36,930 nt of DNA from Octopus sinensis (GCF_006345805.1 NW_021824711.1:1-36930); one strand, 5' to 3'; positions 10,721 to 23,032 are shown, counted from the stretch's first letter. The notes: generated from the letters alone by a model not told the origin. Made by a program: numbers and translations.

Positions 10721-13700
10721 CTTATCAAGGAGGCAAGCTGCGGAAGTCGCGTCTAACAAACGACTACAACACCTGCTCACCATCAACGAAATTCTGGAGA
10801 TATCGTAGCCTCAGCACATGTCTGGACATCATTATCACAGCACGCTCAGTCCATGCAGTGGATGTTGACAGCAAATGGACCGTCTGAGCGGCAAAACACG
10901 TCCCCTCCACAAAAAGCGCTCCATTCCAGTCACCTATGAAACAAGGTAAGATAAAAAATTCCACCTTTTGCAGTAGTAACTCAAAGAAGGGAAGAAAAGG
11001 AGCATCCTTGACGGACACAACACAAGCTATTGAACGGTTCCGATGGGCAGCAGAAGATGATAGATTCGGTGTAGGTATTTACTACCTCCACTCGATCCTT
11101 CAGGGATAGTTTTTATTCGTCTCATTTCTGGGTGAAATTAGCAACCTTACTCGTCACTTCTCTCCACATTTTGTCCACATGGAGGTCTGGACCAAACCGT
11201 ATCTTGAGCAATGTAACCGTTCGTCTGTCCAATACCTCACAACGCTGTTGGATAGTAAGGACCTGGCTCTCCTTGTACCGAGCGGCAGGCCCAACGACTT
11301 CTGAATAATTGTTACTCTTCTCACACCTCGTATTGCCCTAGAGTAATGTCAATCACCTTGATGTATTTGTTGTCCGACACTGTTACAGTGATATCTTCCG
11401 CATATGCGAACATGGATCTTCTGCATTCTACCTCTCGCAGGATGCCCCTCAAAAACCACCATCTACTACAGCAACGGCTCTAGAGTTAGTACGTACAGAA
11501 GAGGATTAAGGGTCACCTTGACACACCGAACGCATAATACTGAAGGTTCCGACTGGTGGCCTTTACTCTGATCACCAAACAAATGTTGTCGTATGTTGCA
11601 GCGATCCAACAATAGAAGACGGACACAAAACCAGCCTCCTCCAGAACAGCTGCTAAGTAAAGATAGTTGACCCTATCGAAATCTTTCAACTTAACTAAAC
11701 TGATCATGATTCCATCCATGCTAGGTTCTTTACCTACTATTTCTATAAAGTATCACATGAGGTTGAGGTTGTGGATTGATCTGCATAGTATAGTACAGAG
11801 TATAGATAAGCGTTAACCTCTCAGTTAGCACTGTTCCAAAATTTTAAACTCTACATTTAACAGAGTTACAGATGTAGACTTGTTAAAAATTATCCCCTTG
11901 TTTTGGTCCTTACTCAGCACCGCCACCACCACACCTCTTTTCACAAGACTAGCATTCTGTTGCCAGTTGCACTAGACATATGCCAAGGTGCTCCCGCACA
12001 AGTCTGGCATATGAAGATAAGTTCGTAGGGCAGAAAAACCACTCCCGGCGACTTCGCTCTCGTGCAGCCACTCATCGCTTCCTGTATTTCGTTAGCTGTT
12101 ATCAACCCTTTACAGGATTCCGCGTCCCTAGACGAGAACTGCTGCCGGCCGTCGAGGTGGGCAATAAAATCCACCCGGGGCTTCGGTCCACCAACAAATA
12201 GTTGAGCAAAGTGCCTCTGAAAAGCCCACATATCTGCTTAAAATCGAGCAGCACGTACCCCTGCCGATCTGTCAAAGACCGAATTGTGATTTGTTGCTTC
12301 GTTGTACCTCTACTGCCAAAGCCCATCGAACAGCTTTTGTTTCCTCATGTCTTAGGGCACGCACCCTAGCTCCAACAAGGCAACCTTTGTGCTTAACGTT
12401 GAAGAATCATTCAAGAGCCAATCTCGCCGGCAGGCTTCGGTCGCAATGCCTTTACTAAGTACCTCTTCTAGATTACTAATTAGCTCTCCCTCTACTCTGG
12501 AAATCTCATTCTCTATTTTCTAACAAACCTAATCGATTCAAATCTACTAGCCATTTTCAGGACTAGACACCATCGGCTGTTGACGATTGTCCCTGTCAAC
12601 TTCCTCATAAATAATTCTCCTACCCGGTCTCCGTAAACTTGGCGCGTTGGGAAAAAAACAAATTTTGTTTCCAGGGCCTCTGTCTATGCAGCCTCACTAT
12701 CAACCGTACAGATCACACATTTGCTATCTTTGTAGCCAACAACTTTGAAATGTGAACATGGCGCAGGAGTGGCTGTGTGGTAAGTAGCTTGTTTACCAAC
12801 CGCATGGTTCCGGGTTCAGTCCCACTGCGTGGCACCTTGGGTAAGTGTCTTCTACTATAGCCTCGGGCCGACCAAAGCCTTGTGAGTGGATTTGGTAGAC
12901 GGAAACTGAAAGAAGCCTGTCGTATATATGTATATATATGTATATGTATGTGTATGTTTGTGTGTCTGTGTTTGTCCCCCTAGCATTGCTTGACAACCGA
13001 TGCTGGTGTGTTTACGTCTCCGTTACTTAGCGGTTCGGCAAAAGAGACCGATAGAATAAGTACTGGGCTTACAAAGAATAAGTCCCGGGGTCGATTTGCT
13101 CGACTAAAGGCGGTGCTCCAGCATAGCCGCAGTCAAATGACTGAAACAAGTAAAAGAGTAAAAGGGTAAAGAGTAAAGAGAAAGTAACCTATGCTACCCT
13201 TATCTATTGGCTTCTACCTAAAAACCTTCTGGATGATCTGGGGCTGTTTCCCCATGTCCACATTGGCACATTCGGAAAACCCAGTCGGTACCTGTCAGTC
13301 AGCTGGAAACGACTGAACAGTTTGCGAAACTTTTACACCTCCCTCTCCTATCAGCTAGCCTCATACAATCTAGTCATGCATCCAAAACGGTGTTCTAATC
13401 GCCTACTAGCACTAAAAAGCGGGATGTTTCCAGAAAATCTCCAGACGCCTAATGAAATTTAGGTGTCCCTGTCCCGTCGAGACATACACAAGGACTAGTC
13501 TAAATCATGACGTTCGCTTCTGTTGATGCGTAGGATCACCAACTTACCATTTGGATCAAAGAAGATCGACTAAATCATGAGACCCAGGCCTTTCCAAACT
13601 ACCGCCACTCCACCACTAGTTCTTACAGAGTAAGACATGCGAAGATCTCAAAATCGCCAAAGATAGGTGCTAAGGTACGTGTGTCGGAAATCCAGGTTTC

Positions 13701-14100
13701 GTCGATAGCTGTCACACCAAATCTAGCAACCTAAGGTCATTAAGCAGGCGACCCTACTTCCACTGTGACCACATTATATACCCCTCTCTCAAAGTTGTTA
13801 TATTGGTAGAAAGAGAAAGAGGAGTAAAACAAACGAGCTATTTACCTACTTGGTGGTCTCGAAGACCGAGTGACACAGTCACATAGGGACTTTGAGTTTC
13901 CTTTGGAAAGTCTTTTTGGAGCTTACTGCTGGCCCTTGAGCTTAGACTTCTCACATGATTAGGAAATTCTCCCTCAATATTTTGTCTCCAAATTCAACCG
14001 TAACCATAATACTGTAACATTTTTGGCACCTTGAAAGTGCTGGTCCTGAAGACCTTTCACTCTGTTTCAATGTTTTCCTTTTTTCGACGAAGGACATTAG
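10720..14100 (-). mobile_element. Long decayed L1/Tx1-type LINE (APE endonuclease plus RT), interrupted by a SINE
   Basis: Minus-strand remnants: APE motifs (AIDETWISD, LVLVGD) near 13400-13760, EIQEAMSGCTRAKSPG near 12050, DFDRVNYLYLAAVLEEAGF near 11650, degenerate YADD (AYAEDIT) near 11400. Many stops and frameshifts; the right boundary is approximate. Confidence 0.75.
12760..13183 (+). mobile_element. Full-length tRNA-derived SINE nested in the Tx1-like LINE
   Basis: Same head, body and (gtaaaaga) tail as 5206-5630. Confidence 0.9.
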
Positions 14101-15540
14101 TTTGGGGCTTTTTTTTTATTAGCGCTCATTGTCAGCACAGAGTTTGGAGTGGGTATGTTTTACTGATGTTTTGTGTGTCAGTTTGATAATACTGTTCCTC
14201 TGTGTGTTTTGCTTTTTTGAGGTAGTTGGGGGTGAAGTTGTATATTTGTCTGTGTTTGTGTAGATGTGGTTTCTGAGATCTCGCTGTTTCAAAAATGGCG
14301 CTGGCTTCTTTGTGCCTCGCCACCACGGCATATCTATTATTCTGTATACATGACTCACACACAGACACAGATATTAACATTTCAATAAATCTTCTCTTAA
14401 TCATTCTACGCGGTTGTGCCTCCTTTCCCCTCTGGCACTTACATGTACTATTCAAATTATATATTTATTGCAAGGACTGTGATGTACTAAGGAGCCATTC
14501 TCATCACCTCGCTTCGCACGGTCCTTACACCACCAAGCGTTTTGGCATTTTGTCAGGTATTCTAGACTCTATTTTTTGGGTGACTTTCGAGACTATTTGG
14601 GTCTCCACTTAACCCGAATGCGTGTAGCATAGAGAACTCTACTAAAAAAAAACCTAAGGGCCAGATGGTGGTGTTAACCAAGCGAGGAATTAATACAGCC
14701 AATCAATAACTCGGGACGCAAAATACCGGAATAGAAGCCGTAATGGATATCATTAATGATTCTATCAATTCATTCCTTAAACTAATGTTTTATTTTATTG
14801 ACCCCGAAAGAATAAAAGGTACAGTTGACTTCGGCAGTTGAACTCAGAGTGAAGAGAGGTGGAACAAATACTGCAGGATATTTCGTCCAATGTACTTTAG
14901 GGATTTAAACCCCAACTGTGAAATTATCAAAAAAGTTTCACGCGAACAACCTAAAAATCGACCAGTCAACTTGAAGGTATGCCATGAACAGCATTTCGAA
15001 TGTTCTTGAGATTCGTGCTCTGTTTCCCTAGTCAAATATATGCAACCATCCTGATCTCACATTTAATTTTAGTACTACTACTCACAACATCACCCTTCTT
15101 ACGCTAACTCCACCTCGCATAAGGATGACCTCTACGACGAAGGAGGCCTACAAACAAACACGAAAACCACGTGATAGCGCTACGTCTTTGTGCCAATTCG
15201 CTACCGAAAGCAGTTTGTAGAAATAATACTCCACCGTTTAATATCAACAGGTAACATTGCCTTATTATTAGGAACTACGTTGTACAGGTGGGTAAAGGTG
15301 AAATTCATACAGTGGAAACCAGTGCCCTGTCCAGAGAGAAAAAAAACGAATCGCAAATTGCAGCCGCGAATCTGTGACACACGAGTACATAGCTTAATGC
15401 TATCTTCTTGGTCATTTCACGGTTACACTAATATGAATGGGAAAAATTCTGGATGATAGAAAGACTGGTTTCATGGGGAGGTTCTGATTTAAACACAGCA
15501 AAGAAATATGGTTTCATGGAAGTTTTATGCTAAAACTTGG

Positions 15541-15589
<49 letters not shown>

Positions 15590-15590
<1 letters not shown>

Positions 15591-16737
15591 GATGTTTAAA
15601 TACCAATACCATAGATTGTACAGTTTTATGATAGATTTAGTCTACTGCCAAGGTAGACCAACAAGCAATTTGAACTCAGAGCAGGTCTGAACAAATATCA
15701 CAAGACACAACTACACACCAAGTCCATTCTCTAACATTTTTTTTACCAGTTCACTGCCTTAACTGATATTATGTTTATCGACTCTGGAAAATTAAGGCCA
15801 TGCCTGATCTTGGTGGGGTTCAAACACAAAATGCAAGATGCTGGAATGAATGTTACAAAGCATTTTATTTGATGCCCAAACAACTCTTCTACTTCACTAG
15901 TTCCTTTGTGTCTAAAGTGCTAGCCTTATACCGAAATTGGAAACAATAAATTACAATATAAACTAAATGAATACATGATTTAAAACAATGTCATTCATAA
16001 AAGATCTGCAAGTTCCAGTCTTACCGTCTCCTGGTGTCTGTGTCTGAGCTGGAGGTTCAGGGGTTATGACATCCGGCGCACCTGAAATGAAGAGTATATC
16101 AAGTTAATTTTGTCCCCATGAAAGACACAACATGGCAAATCTAAACGAATCGTTAAATTTATAATTTTTATTTGAATAAAAGAAACTTTATAATTTATGT
16201 TATTATATTTATAATGTATGCTTTTGTGTATTGAGCATTGTTCTTGTGTGTGTGTGTGTGTGTGTGCGTGTGTGTACATGTTTCTCTTGCATGTGTAATC
16301 TTGCATCTCGTATTAGCAAATACTCTTGTATCTCCTATTAGCAAATGAAATATCTGAATAATTAATACCAAAACTCTTTTCCAATCTCTTGTTTTGATAT
16401 GTAATTATTATTCTGCAATAAAATATATTCCATGCAGACCCCACCTCAAACAAATATGAGCAACTGAATAAGCAGATGAGCTTCAAGAGAACACACTTTG
16501 GATTATAACCTTATCTGCAATATATATATATATATATATACATATGGACACACACACACACACATGTATAAACAGACAGATAGATAGATAATTAAGTCTC
16601 ATAACTGCCAATTCATGTTACAAAACAGTTTCATGCTGAAGAACCTTTCAAGTGCAGAAATGTAAATTGTCAATCATTGGGCATCATTGATGGAAAGGTA
16701 TCTTTTGACTGGTGAAAACTTATTGGAAAACTATATC
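15590..16737. repeat. Segmental repeat copy A (internally deleted)
   Basis: Colinear with both ends of copies B and C (tgatgtttaaataccaataccatagattg ... ttattggaaaactatat) but lacks the central 1.74 kb. Confidence 0.9.
16025..16081 (-). CDS. Pro/Thr linker exon, copy A (57 nt, phase 1-1, in frame, orphaned)
   Basis: tttcAG|GT GCG CCG GAT GTC ATA ACC CCT GAA CCT CCA GCT CAG ACA CAG ACA CCA GGA GAC G|GTAAGA, encoding (G)APDVITPEPPAQTQTPGD. Use in transcripts is unproven. Confidence 0.5.
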
Positions 16738-17350
16738 AAATAAGCCACCCATAATTGGATACAACTCACCCAACAAAAACTCACTACTTGAATGGACCAT
16801 AAACAAAACTTGACTTAAACAGGATTCAAATAATCCAATCAGGTGGTGCTATTAAGTTAGACATGGCCTGGACCAATCTTTGGTCGAAACATATCTAAGT
16901 TTATCTAAGTTTATGATGTTTAAATACCAATACCATAGATTGTACAGTTGTATGATAGATTTAGTCTACTGCCAAGGTAGACCGACAAGCAATTTCAACT
17001 CAGAGCAGGTCTGAACAAATATCACAAGACACAATTACACACCAAGTCCCATTCTAACATTTTTTTTACCAGTTCACTGCCTTAAACTGATATTATGTTT
17101 ATTGACACTGGAAAAATTAAGGCCATGCCTGATCTTGGTGGGGTTCAAACACAAAATGTAAGATGCTGGAATGAATACTACAAAGCATTTTATTTGATGC
17201 CCAAACAACTCTTCTACTTCACTGAGATATTAGCAAGATTTGGGATGAGAGAGAATTTCAGAAGGGCTACAGCCCTAGAGCGGAACTGACCAAAATGTTT
17301 AGAAAAGGATACAGAGGGATGAGTTGGAGGTGTTATGTAATAGGTAGATG

Positions 17351-17565
17351 GCAGAAACATTAGCACGCCGGGCAAAATGCTTAGCGGTATTTCATCTGCG
17401 TGACGTTGTGAGTTCAAATTCCGCTCAGGTCAACTTTGCCTTTCATCCTTTCGGGGTCGATAAATTAAGTACCAGTTACGCACTGAGGTCGATGTAATCG
17501 ACTAAAATACCTATGTCTGTCCTTGTTTGTCCCCTCTGTGTTTAGCCCCTTGTGGGTAATAAAGA
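17351..17565 (+). mobile_element. 5'-truncated SINE specific to copy B, with a 12-bp TSD
   Basis: Flanked by aataggtagatg at 17339-17350 and 17566-17577; absent at the equivalent site in copy C (about 20915-20925). Confidence 0.85.
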
Positions 17566-18338
17566 AATAGGTAGATGTGAGCAAAAGCAGCCATTGTAGA
17601 AGGGTAGAAAATATAACAGTGAAAGGAAAGAGGTATGAGATGGAGGTGGTATCTAACTGGGTAGATGTGAGCAATGGAGACTGTTCTAGTAGTGACACAA
17701 ATAGTAGGAGTGAGGAGACAGAGAGAGATGAAATGGAGGTGGTGTGTAAATTGAGTAGATGTGAGAAACAGTGACTATCGTAGAAGTGGTCAAACTGTAA
17801 GAGGGAAAAGATAGAGAGAAGAGATGGAGGTGGAGGAAGAAGCTAGAGGTAAAGAACAGAGACTGTTGTGATAATGGTAAAAAAGGTAATATATATCAAA
17901 TATGTGGCCATATGCCCATATTATAAATTAATATTTCAGAAGTGGAAGGTGGCAAGCTGGCAGAATTATTAGCATGTTGGGCAAAATTCTTAGTGGCATT
18001 TTATCCATCTTCATACTCTGAATTCAAATTCCGCTGAAGTCAACTTTGCTTTTCATCCTTTTGTGGGGGTCAATAAAGAAGCACCAGTTGGGTTTTGAGG
18101 GTTGATATAATCAACATACCCCCTCTTCCAAAATTGCTAGCCTTGTGCCTAAATTTGAAATCAATATTTCAGAAGTGGTGTAAGATGTTAGTTTGTGTCA
18201 CAACAGCAGCAAGATCTTATAGAACCAAAGAGTACACTATCATGAGTCTTGCTTGAACCATACTGGAATATTTAAAAGGTCCTTTCACAAAATAAATAAA
18301 TAAATAATAAAGATTGAAAAACAACAAAAAAAAGACAT

Positions 18339-18364
18339 TTTATTTCTTAACAATTTTCTTTATT
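18339..18364 (-). promoter_or_regulatory. Candidate polyadenylation signals after CBM14 exon B
   Basis: Two AATAAA hexamers on the minus strand (18359-18364 and 18339-18344), followed by a GT/T-rich stretch. Confidence 0.5.
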
Positions 18365-18429
18365 TTTCAATTAAATTCGGCTTCGGTAATTTTTTTCTTT
18401 TCACTTAGTATCTTAATAGAAAACAAACT

Positions 18430-18611
18430 TCAACATCCGGGCACTTCTGTAGAGAAGTCACAGTCTTTAATGGCTGTGCTGAAAGACGTTCCAGGAGGAC
18501 AGGGAAGTATTTGTTTACTTCCATTGGAGCATACCATATAGTTTTTGCAGTCTCCTGGGATTGCATGACCTCCTGGTGCCTTACCCACACAACTGGCACT
18601 AGACGACGCCC
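18430..18611 (-). CDS. Terminal chitin-binding (CBM14/ChtBD2) exon, copy B
   Basis: Acceptor tattctttctttcactatttAG|, phase 1. Encodes (G)ASSSASCVGKAPGGHAIPGDCKNYMVCSNGSKQILPCPPGTSFSTAIKDCDFSTEVPGC*, with six Cys in ChtBD2 spacing. Confidence 0.7.
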
Positions 18612-19317
18612 CTAAATAGTGAAAGAAAGAATACATGTGTATATGTGAGTGTGTGAGTGTACACACATATGTACATATATATATACATACGTATGTATGT
18701 ACATATATCACTAACAGAGATATGAATCGGGTGGTTTGGTCGGATCCAGTGAGCCACAGAATTGCATCGCATTCTATGTCAGCTTTAGCATGATTTTTAC
18801 AACCGGATACCCTTCATAATATCAACCACTTTACCGTGTACACCTGATGTTTGTTTTCATTCCACCAGCACTAGTGGGGTTACCCAGTAACTTGAAAAAC
18901 AGGAAAGGACAAGAAAAGATAAAAAAATGGCAGAAAAGAGGAAGGCCTTCTTGACTGAGTGGTGGTGGTATTTGAGAAGGAGGAGATGCGATTTTTATGT
19001 CAGGGAGAAGCAGGTGTCTTGTCATACACAGCTGCCCTGCATTTATATATGGGTAAGTGGGAGTATCTAGACTAAAGGTCAGATGAGAGTCATCAGATGT
19101 CAGTGCAAAAACTAAGGTCAACTTTGTTTTCCCTCCGACACCAGGTCAATAATAAAACACAGTTTAGTAATAGGGCCAATGTAATTAACTAGTTCGTTTT
19201 GTGTCTAAAGTGCTAGCCTTATACCTAAACTGGAAACAATAAATTGCAATATAAACTAAATGAATACATGAATTAAAACAATGTCGTTCATAAAAGATCT
19301 GCAAGTTCCAGTCTTAC

Positions 19318-19381
19318 CGTCTCCTGGTGTTGGTGTCTGTGTCTGAGCTGGAGGTTCAGAGGTTACGACATCCGGCACAAC
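19318..19381 (-). pseudogene. Linker exon copy B, 64 nt, frameshifted
   Basis: Splice sites are intact, but one extra base (GTTGTGCCG vs GTGCGCCG) gives GT TGT GCC GGA TGT CGT AAC CTC TGA, a premature stop. Confidence 0.7.
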
Positions 19382-19514
19382 CTGAATGAAAAGTATATCA
19401 AGTTAATTTTCTCCCCATGAAGGACACAACACACGGAAACTCTAAAGGAATCGTTAATTTATAATTTTTTTTGGACAAAAGAAACTTTATAATTTATTTT
19501 TTATATTTATATGT

Positions 19515-19792
19515 AAAAAACACCACCCGAGCGTGACCGTTCGCCAGCCTCGTCTGGCACCTGTGTCGGCGGGCACAAAAAAACACCATCTGAGCGTGAC
19601 CGTTCGCCAGCCTCGTCTGGCACCTGTGTCAGTGGTACATAAAAAGCACCCACTACACTCACGGAGTGGTTGGCGTTAGGAAGGGCATCCAGCTGTAGAA
19701 ACACTGCCAGATCTGACTGGCTTCCCAGACCCCAGTTGAACCGTCCAACCCATGCTAGCATGGAAAGCGGATGTTAAACAATGATGATGATG
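19515..19792 (+). mobile_element. RTE 3'-UTR fragment specific to copy B, with an imperfect TSD
   Basis: Ends in ccatgctagcatggaaagcggatgttaaacaatgatgatgat. Flanked by atttatatgt (19505-19514) and atttataatgt (19793-19803); absent from copies A and C. Confidence 0.8.
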
Positions 19793-20129
19793 ATTTATAA
19801 TGTATGCTTTTGTGCATTGAGCATTGTTCCTCTGTGTGTGTGTGTGTGTGTGTGTGTCTGTGTGTGTGTTTGAGGGTGTGTGTGTGTGTGTGTGTGTACA
19901 TGTTTCTCCTGCATGTATAATCTTGTAACTCCTATTAGCAAATGAAATATGTGAATAATTAATACCAAAACTCTTTTCCAATCTCTTGTTTTGATATGTA
20001 ATTATTCTGCAATAAAATATACTCCATGCATACCTCACCTCAAGCAAATATGAGTACCAGAATAAGCAGATGTGCTTCAAGAGAACACACTTTGGATTAT
20101 AACCTTATCTGCAATATATATATACATAT

Positions 20130-20168
<39 letters not shown>

Positions 20169-20181
20169 TAGACAGACAGAC

Positions 20182-20228
<47 letters not shown>

Positions 20229-20245
20229 AAGATAGATAGATAGAT

Positions 20246-20318
<73 letters not shown>

Positions 20319-21762
20319 TATAGAGAGAGAGATAATTAAGTCTCATAACAGCCAATTCATGTTACAAAACAGTTTTATGCTGAAGAACCTTTCAACTGCA
20401 GAAATGTAAATTGTCAATCATTGGGCATGATTGATTGAAATGTATTTTTTGACTGGTGAAAACCTATTGGAATACTATATATATATATGATGTTTATATA
20501 CCAATACCATAGATTGTACAGTCGTATGATAGATTTAGTCTACTGCCAAGGTAGACCAACAAGCAATTTGAACTCAGAGCAGGTCTGAACAAATATCACA
20601 AGACACAACTACACACCAAGTCCCATTCTGACATTTCTTTTACCAGTTCACTGCCTTAAACTGATATTATGTTTATCGACTCTGGAAAAATTAAGGCCAT
20701 GCCTGATCTTGGTGGGGTTCAAACACAAAGTGTAAGATGCTGGAATGAATGTTACAAAGCATTTTATTTGATGCTCAAACAACTCTTCTACTTCACTGAG
20801 ATATTAGCAGAATTTGGCATGAGAGAGAATTTCAGAAGGGCTATAGCCCTAGAGCAGAACTGACCAAAATGTTTAGAAAAGGATACAGAGGGATGAGGTG
20901 GAGGTGGTATGTAAAAAGGTAGATTTGAGCAACAGCAACCATTGTAGAAGGGTAGAAAATATAACAGTGAAAGGAAAGAGGTATGAGATGGAGGTGGTAT
21001 CTAACTGGGTAGATGTGAGCAATGGAGACTGTTCTAGTAGTGACACAAATAGTAGGAGTGAGGAGACAGAGAGAGATGAAATGGAGGTGGTGTGTAAATT
21101 GAGTAGATGTGAGAAACAGTGACTATCGTAGAAGTGGTCAAACTGTAAGAGGGAAAAGATAGAGAGAGGAGATGGAGGTGGAGGAAGAAGCTAGAGGTAA
21201 AGAACAGAGACTGTTGTAGTAGTGGTAGAAAAGGTAATATATATCAAATATGTGGCCATATGCCCATATTATAAATTAATATTTCAGAAGTGGAAGGTGG
21301 CAAGCTGGCAGAATTATTAGCATGTTGGGCAAAATTCTTAGTGGCATTTCATTCTTCTTCACACTCTGAGTTCAAATTCCGCTGAAGTCGACTTTGCTTT
21401 TCATCCTTTTGTGGGGGTCAATAAAGAAGCACCAGTTGGGTTTTGAGGGTTGATATAATCAACATACCCCCTCTTCCAAAATTGCTGACCTTGTGCCTAA
21501 ATTTGAAATCAATATTTCAGAAGTGGTGTCACAACAGCAGCAAGATCTTATAGAACCGAAGAGTACACTATCATGAGTCTTGCTTGAACCATACTGGAAT
21601 ATTTAAAATGGTCCTTTCACAAAATAAATAAATAAATAATAAAGATTGAAAAACAACAAAAAAAAAGACATTTTATTTCTTAGCAATTTTCTTTATTTTT
21701 CAATTAAATTCAGTTTCGGTAATTTTTTTCTTTTCATTTAGTATCTTAATAGCAAAGAAACT

Positions 21763-21944
21763 TCAACATCCGGGCACTTCTGTAGAGAAGTCACAGTTTT
21801 TAATGGCTGTGCTGAAAGACGTTCCAGGAGGACAGGGAAGTATTTGTTTATTTCCATTGGAGCATACCATATAGTTTTTGCAGTCTCCTGGGATTGCATA
21901 GCTTCCTGGTGCCTTACCCACACAACTGGTACTAGACGACGCCC
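21763..21944 (-). CDS. Terminal chitin-binding (CBM14/ChtBD2) exon, copy C
   Basis: Phase 1 acceptor ctatttAG|. Encodes (G)ASSSTSCVGKAPGSYAIPGDCKNYMVCSNGNKQILPCPPGTSFSTAIKNCDFSTEVPGC*. AATAAA about 70 nt downstream (21692-21697). Confidence 0.88.
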
Positions 21945-22661
21945 CTAAATAGTGAAAGAAAGAATACATGTGTATATGTGAGTGTGTGAGTGTACACACA
22001 TATGTATATATGTACATACGTATGTATGTATGTACATATATCACTAACAGAGATATGAGTTGGGTGGTTTGGTCGGATCCAGTGAGCCACAGAATTGCAT
22101 CGCATTCTATGTCAGCTTTAGCATGATTTTTACAACCGGATACCCTTCATAATATCAACCACTTTACCGTGTACACCTGATGTTTGTTTTCATTCCACCA
22201 GCACTAGTGGGGTTACCCAGTAACTTGAAAGACAGGAAAGGACAAAAAAAGATAGAAAAACAGGAGAGAAGCGAAAGGCCTTCTTGACTGAGTGGTGGTG
22301 ATGTTTGAGAAGGAGGAGATGAGATTTTTATGCCAGGGAGAAGCAGGTGTCTTGTCGTAGACAAGATACACAGCTGCCCTGCATTTATATATGGGTAAGT
22401 GGGAGTATCTAGACTAAAGGTCAGATGAGAGTCATCAGATGTCAGTGCAAAAACTAAGGTCAACTTTGTTTTCCCTCCGACACCAGGGTCAATAAAATAA
22501 AACACAGTTTAGTAATAGGGCCAATGTAATTAACTAGTTCGTTTGTGTCTAAAGTGCTAGCCTTATACCTAAACTGGAAACAATAAATTGCAATATAAAC
22601 TAAATGAATACATGAATTAAAACAATGTCGTTCATAAAAGATCTGCAAGTTCCAGTCTTAC

Positions 22662-22724
22662 CGTCTCCTGGTGTTGGTGTCTGTGTCTGAGCTGGAGGTT
22701 CAGAGGTTACGACATCCGGCGCAC
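22662..22724 (-). CDS. Pro/Thr linker exon, copy C (63 nt, phase 1-1)
   Basis: tttcAG|...|GTAAGA. Encodes (G)APDVVTSEPPAQTQTPTPGD(G) and splices in frame to the CBM14 exon at 21944. Confidence 0.8.
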
Positions 22725-23032
22725 CTGAAATGAAATGTATATCAAGTTAATTTTCTCCCCATGAAGGACACAACACGGCAACTCCATAGGAATTTCTAAA
22801 TTTCTAAATTTTTATTTGAATAAAAGAAATCTTTATAATTTATGTTTTTATATTTATAATGTATGCTTTTGTGCATTGAGCATTGTTCTTGAGTGTGTGT
22901 GTGTGTGTGTGTGTGTGTGTCTGTGTCTGTGTGTGTGTGTGTGTGCGTGTGTCTGTGTCTGTGTGTGTCTGTGTGTGTGTGTGTGTGTGTGTGTCTGTGT
23001 GTGTCTGTGTCTGTGTGTGTCTGTGTTTGTGT

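Larger units (their letters stand above)
16913..20480. repeat. Segmental repeat copy B (about 3.57 kb, two copy-specific retro-insertions)
   Basis: Colinear with copy C over its whole length at high identity. Confidence 0.93.

Noticed and set aside
17577-17880. + strand ORF with periodic MEVV motifs, conserved in copies B and C (20898-21122)
   Set aside because: It is a diverged purine-rich minisatellite with units of about 85 bp. Conservation reflects the segmental duplication, and it is antisense to the gene, downstream of its polyA signals.
18831-19121. ORFs of 96-113 aa between the linker and CBM14 exons (also 22164-22505)
   Set aside because: No domain similarity, indels between copies, and no convincing splice sites; the linker splices in frame to CBM14 without them.
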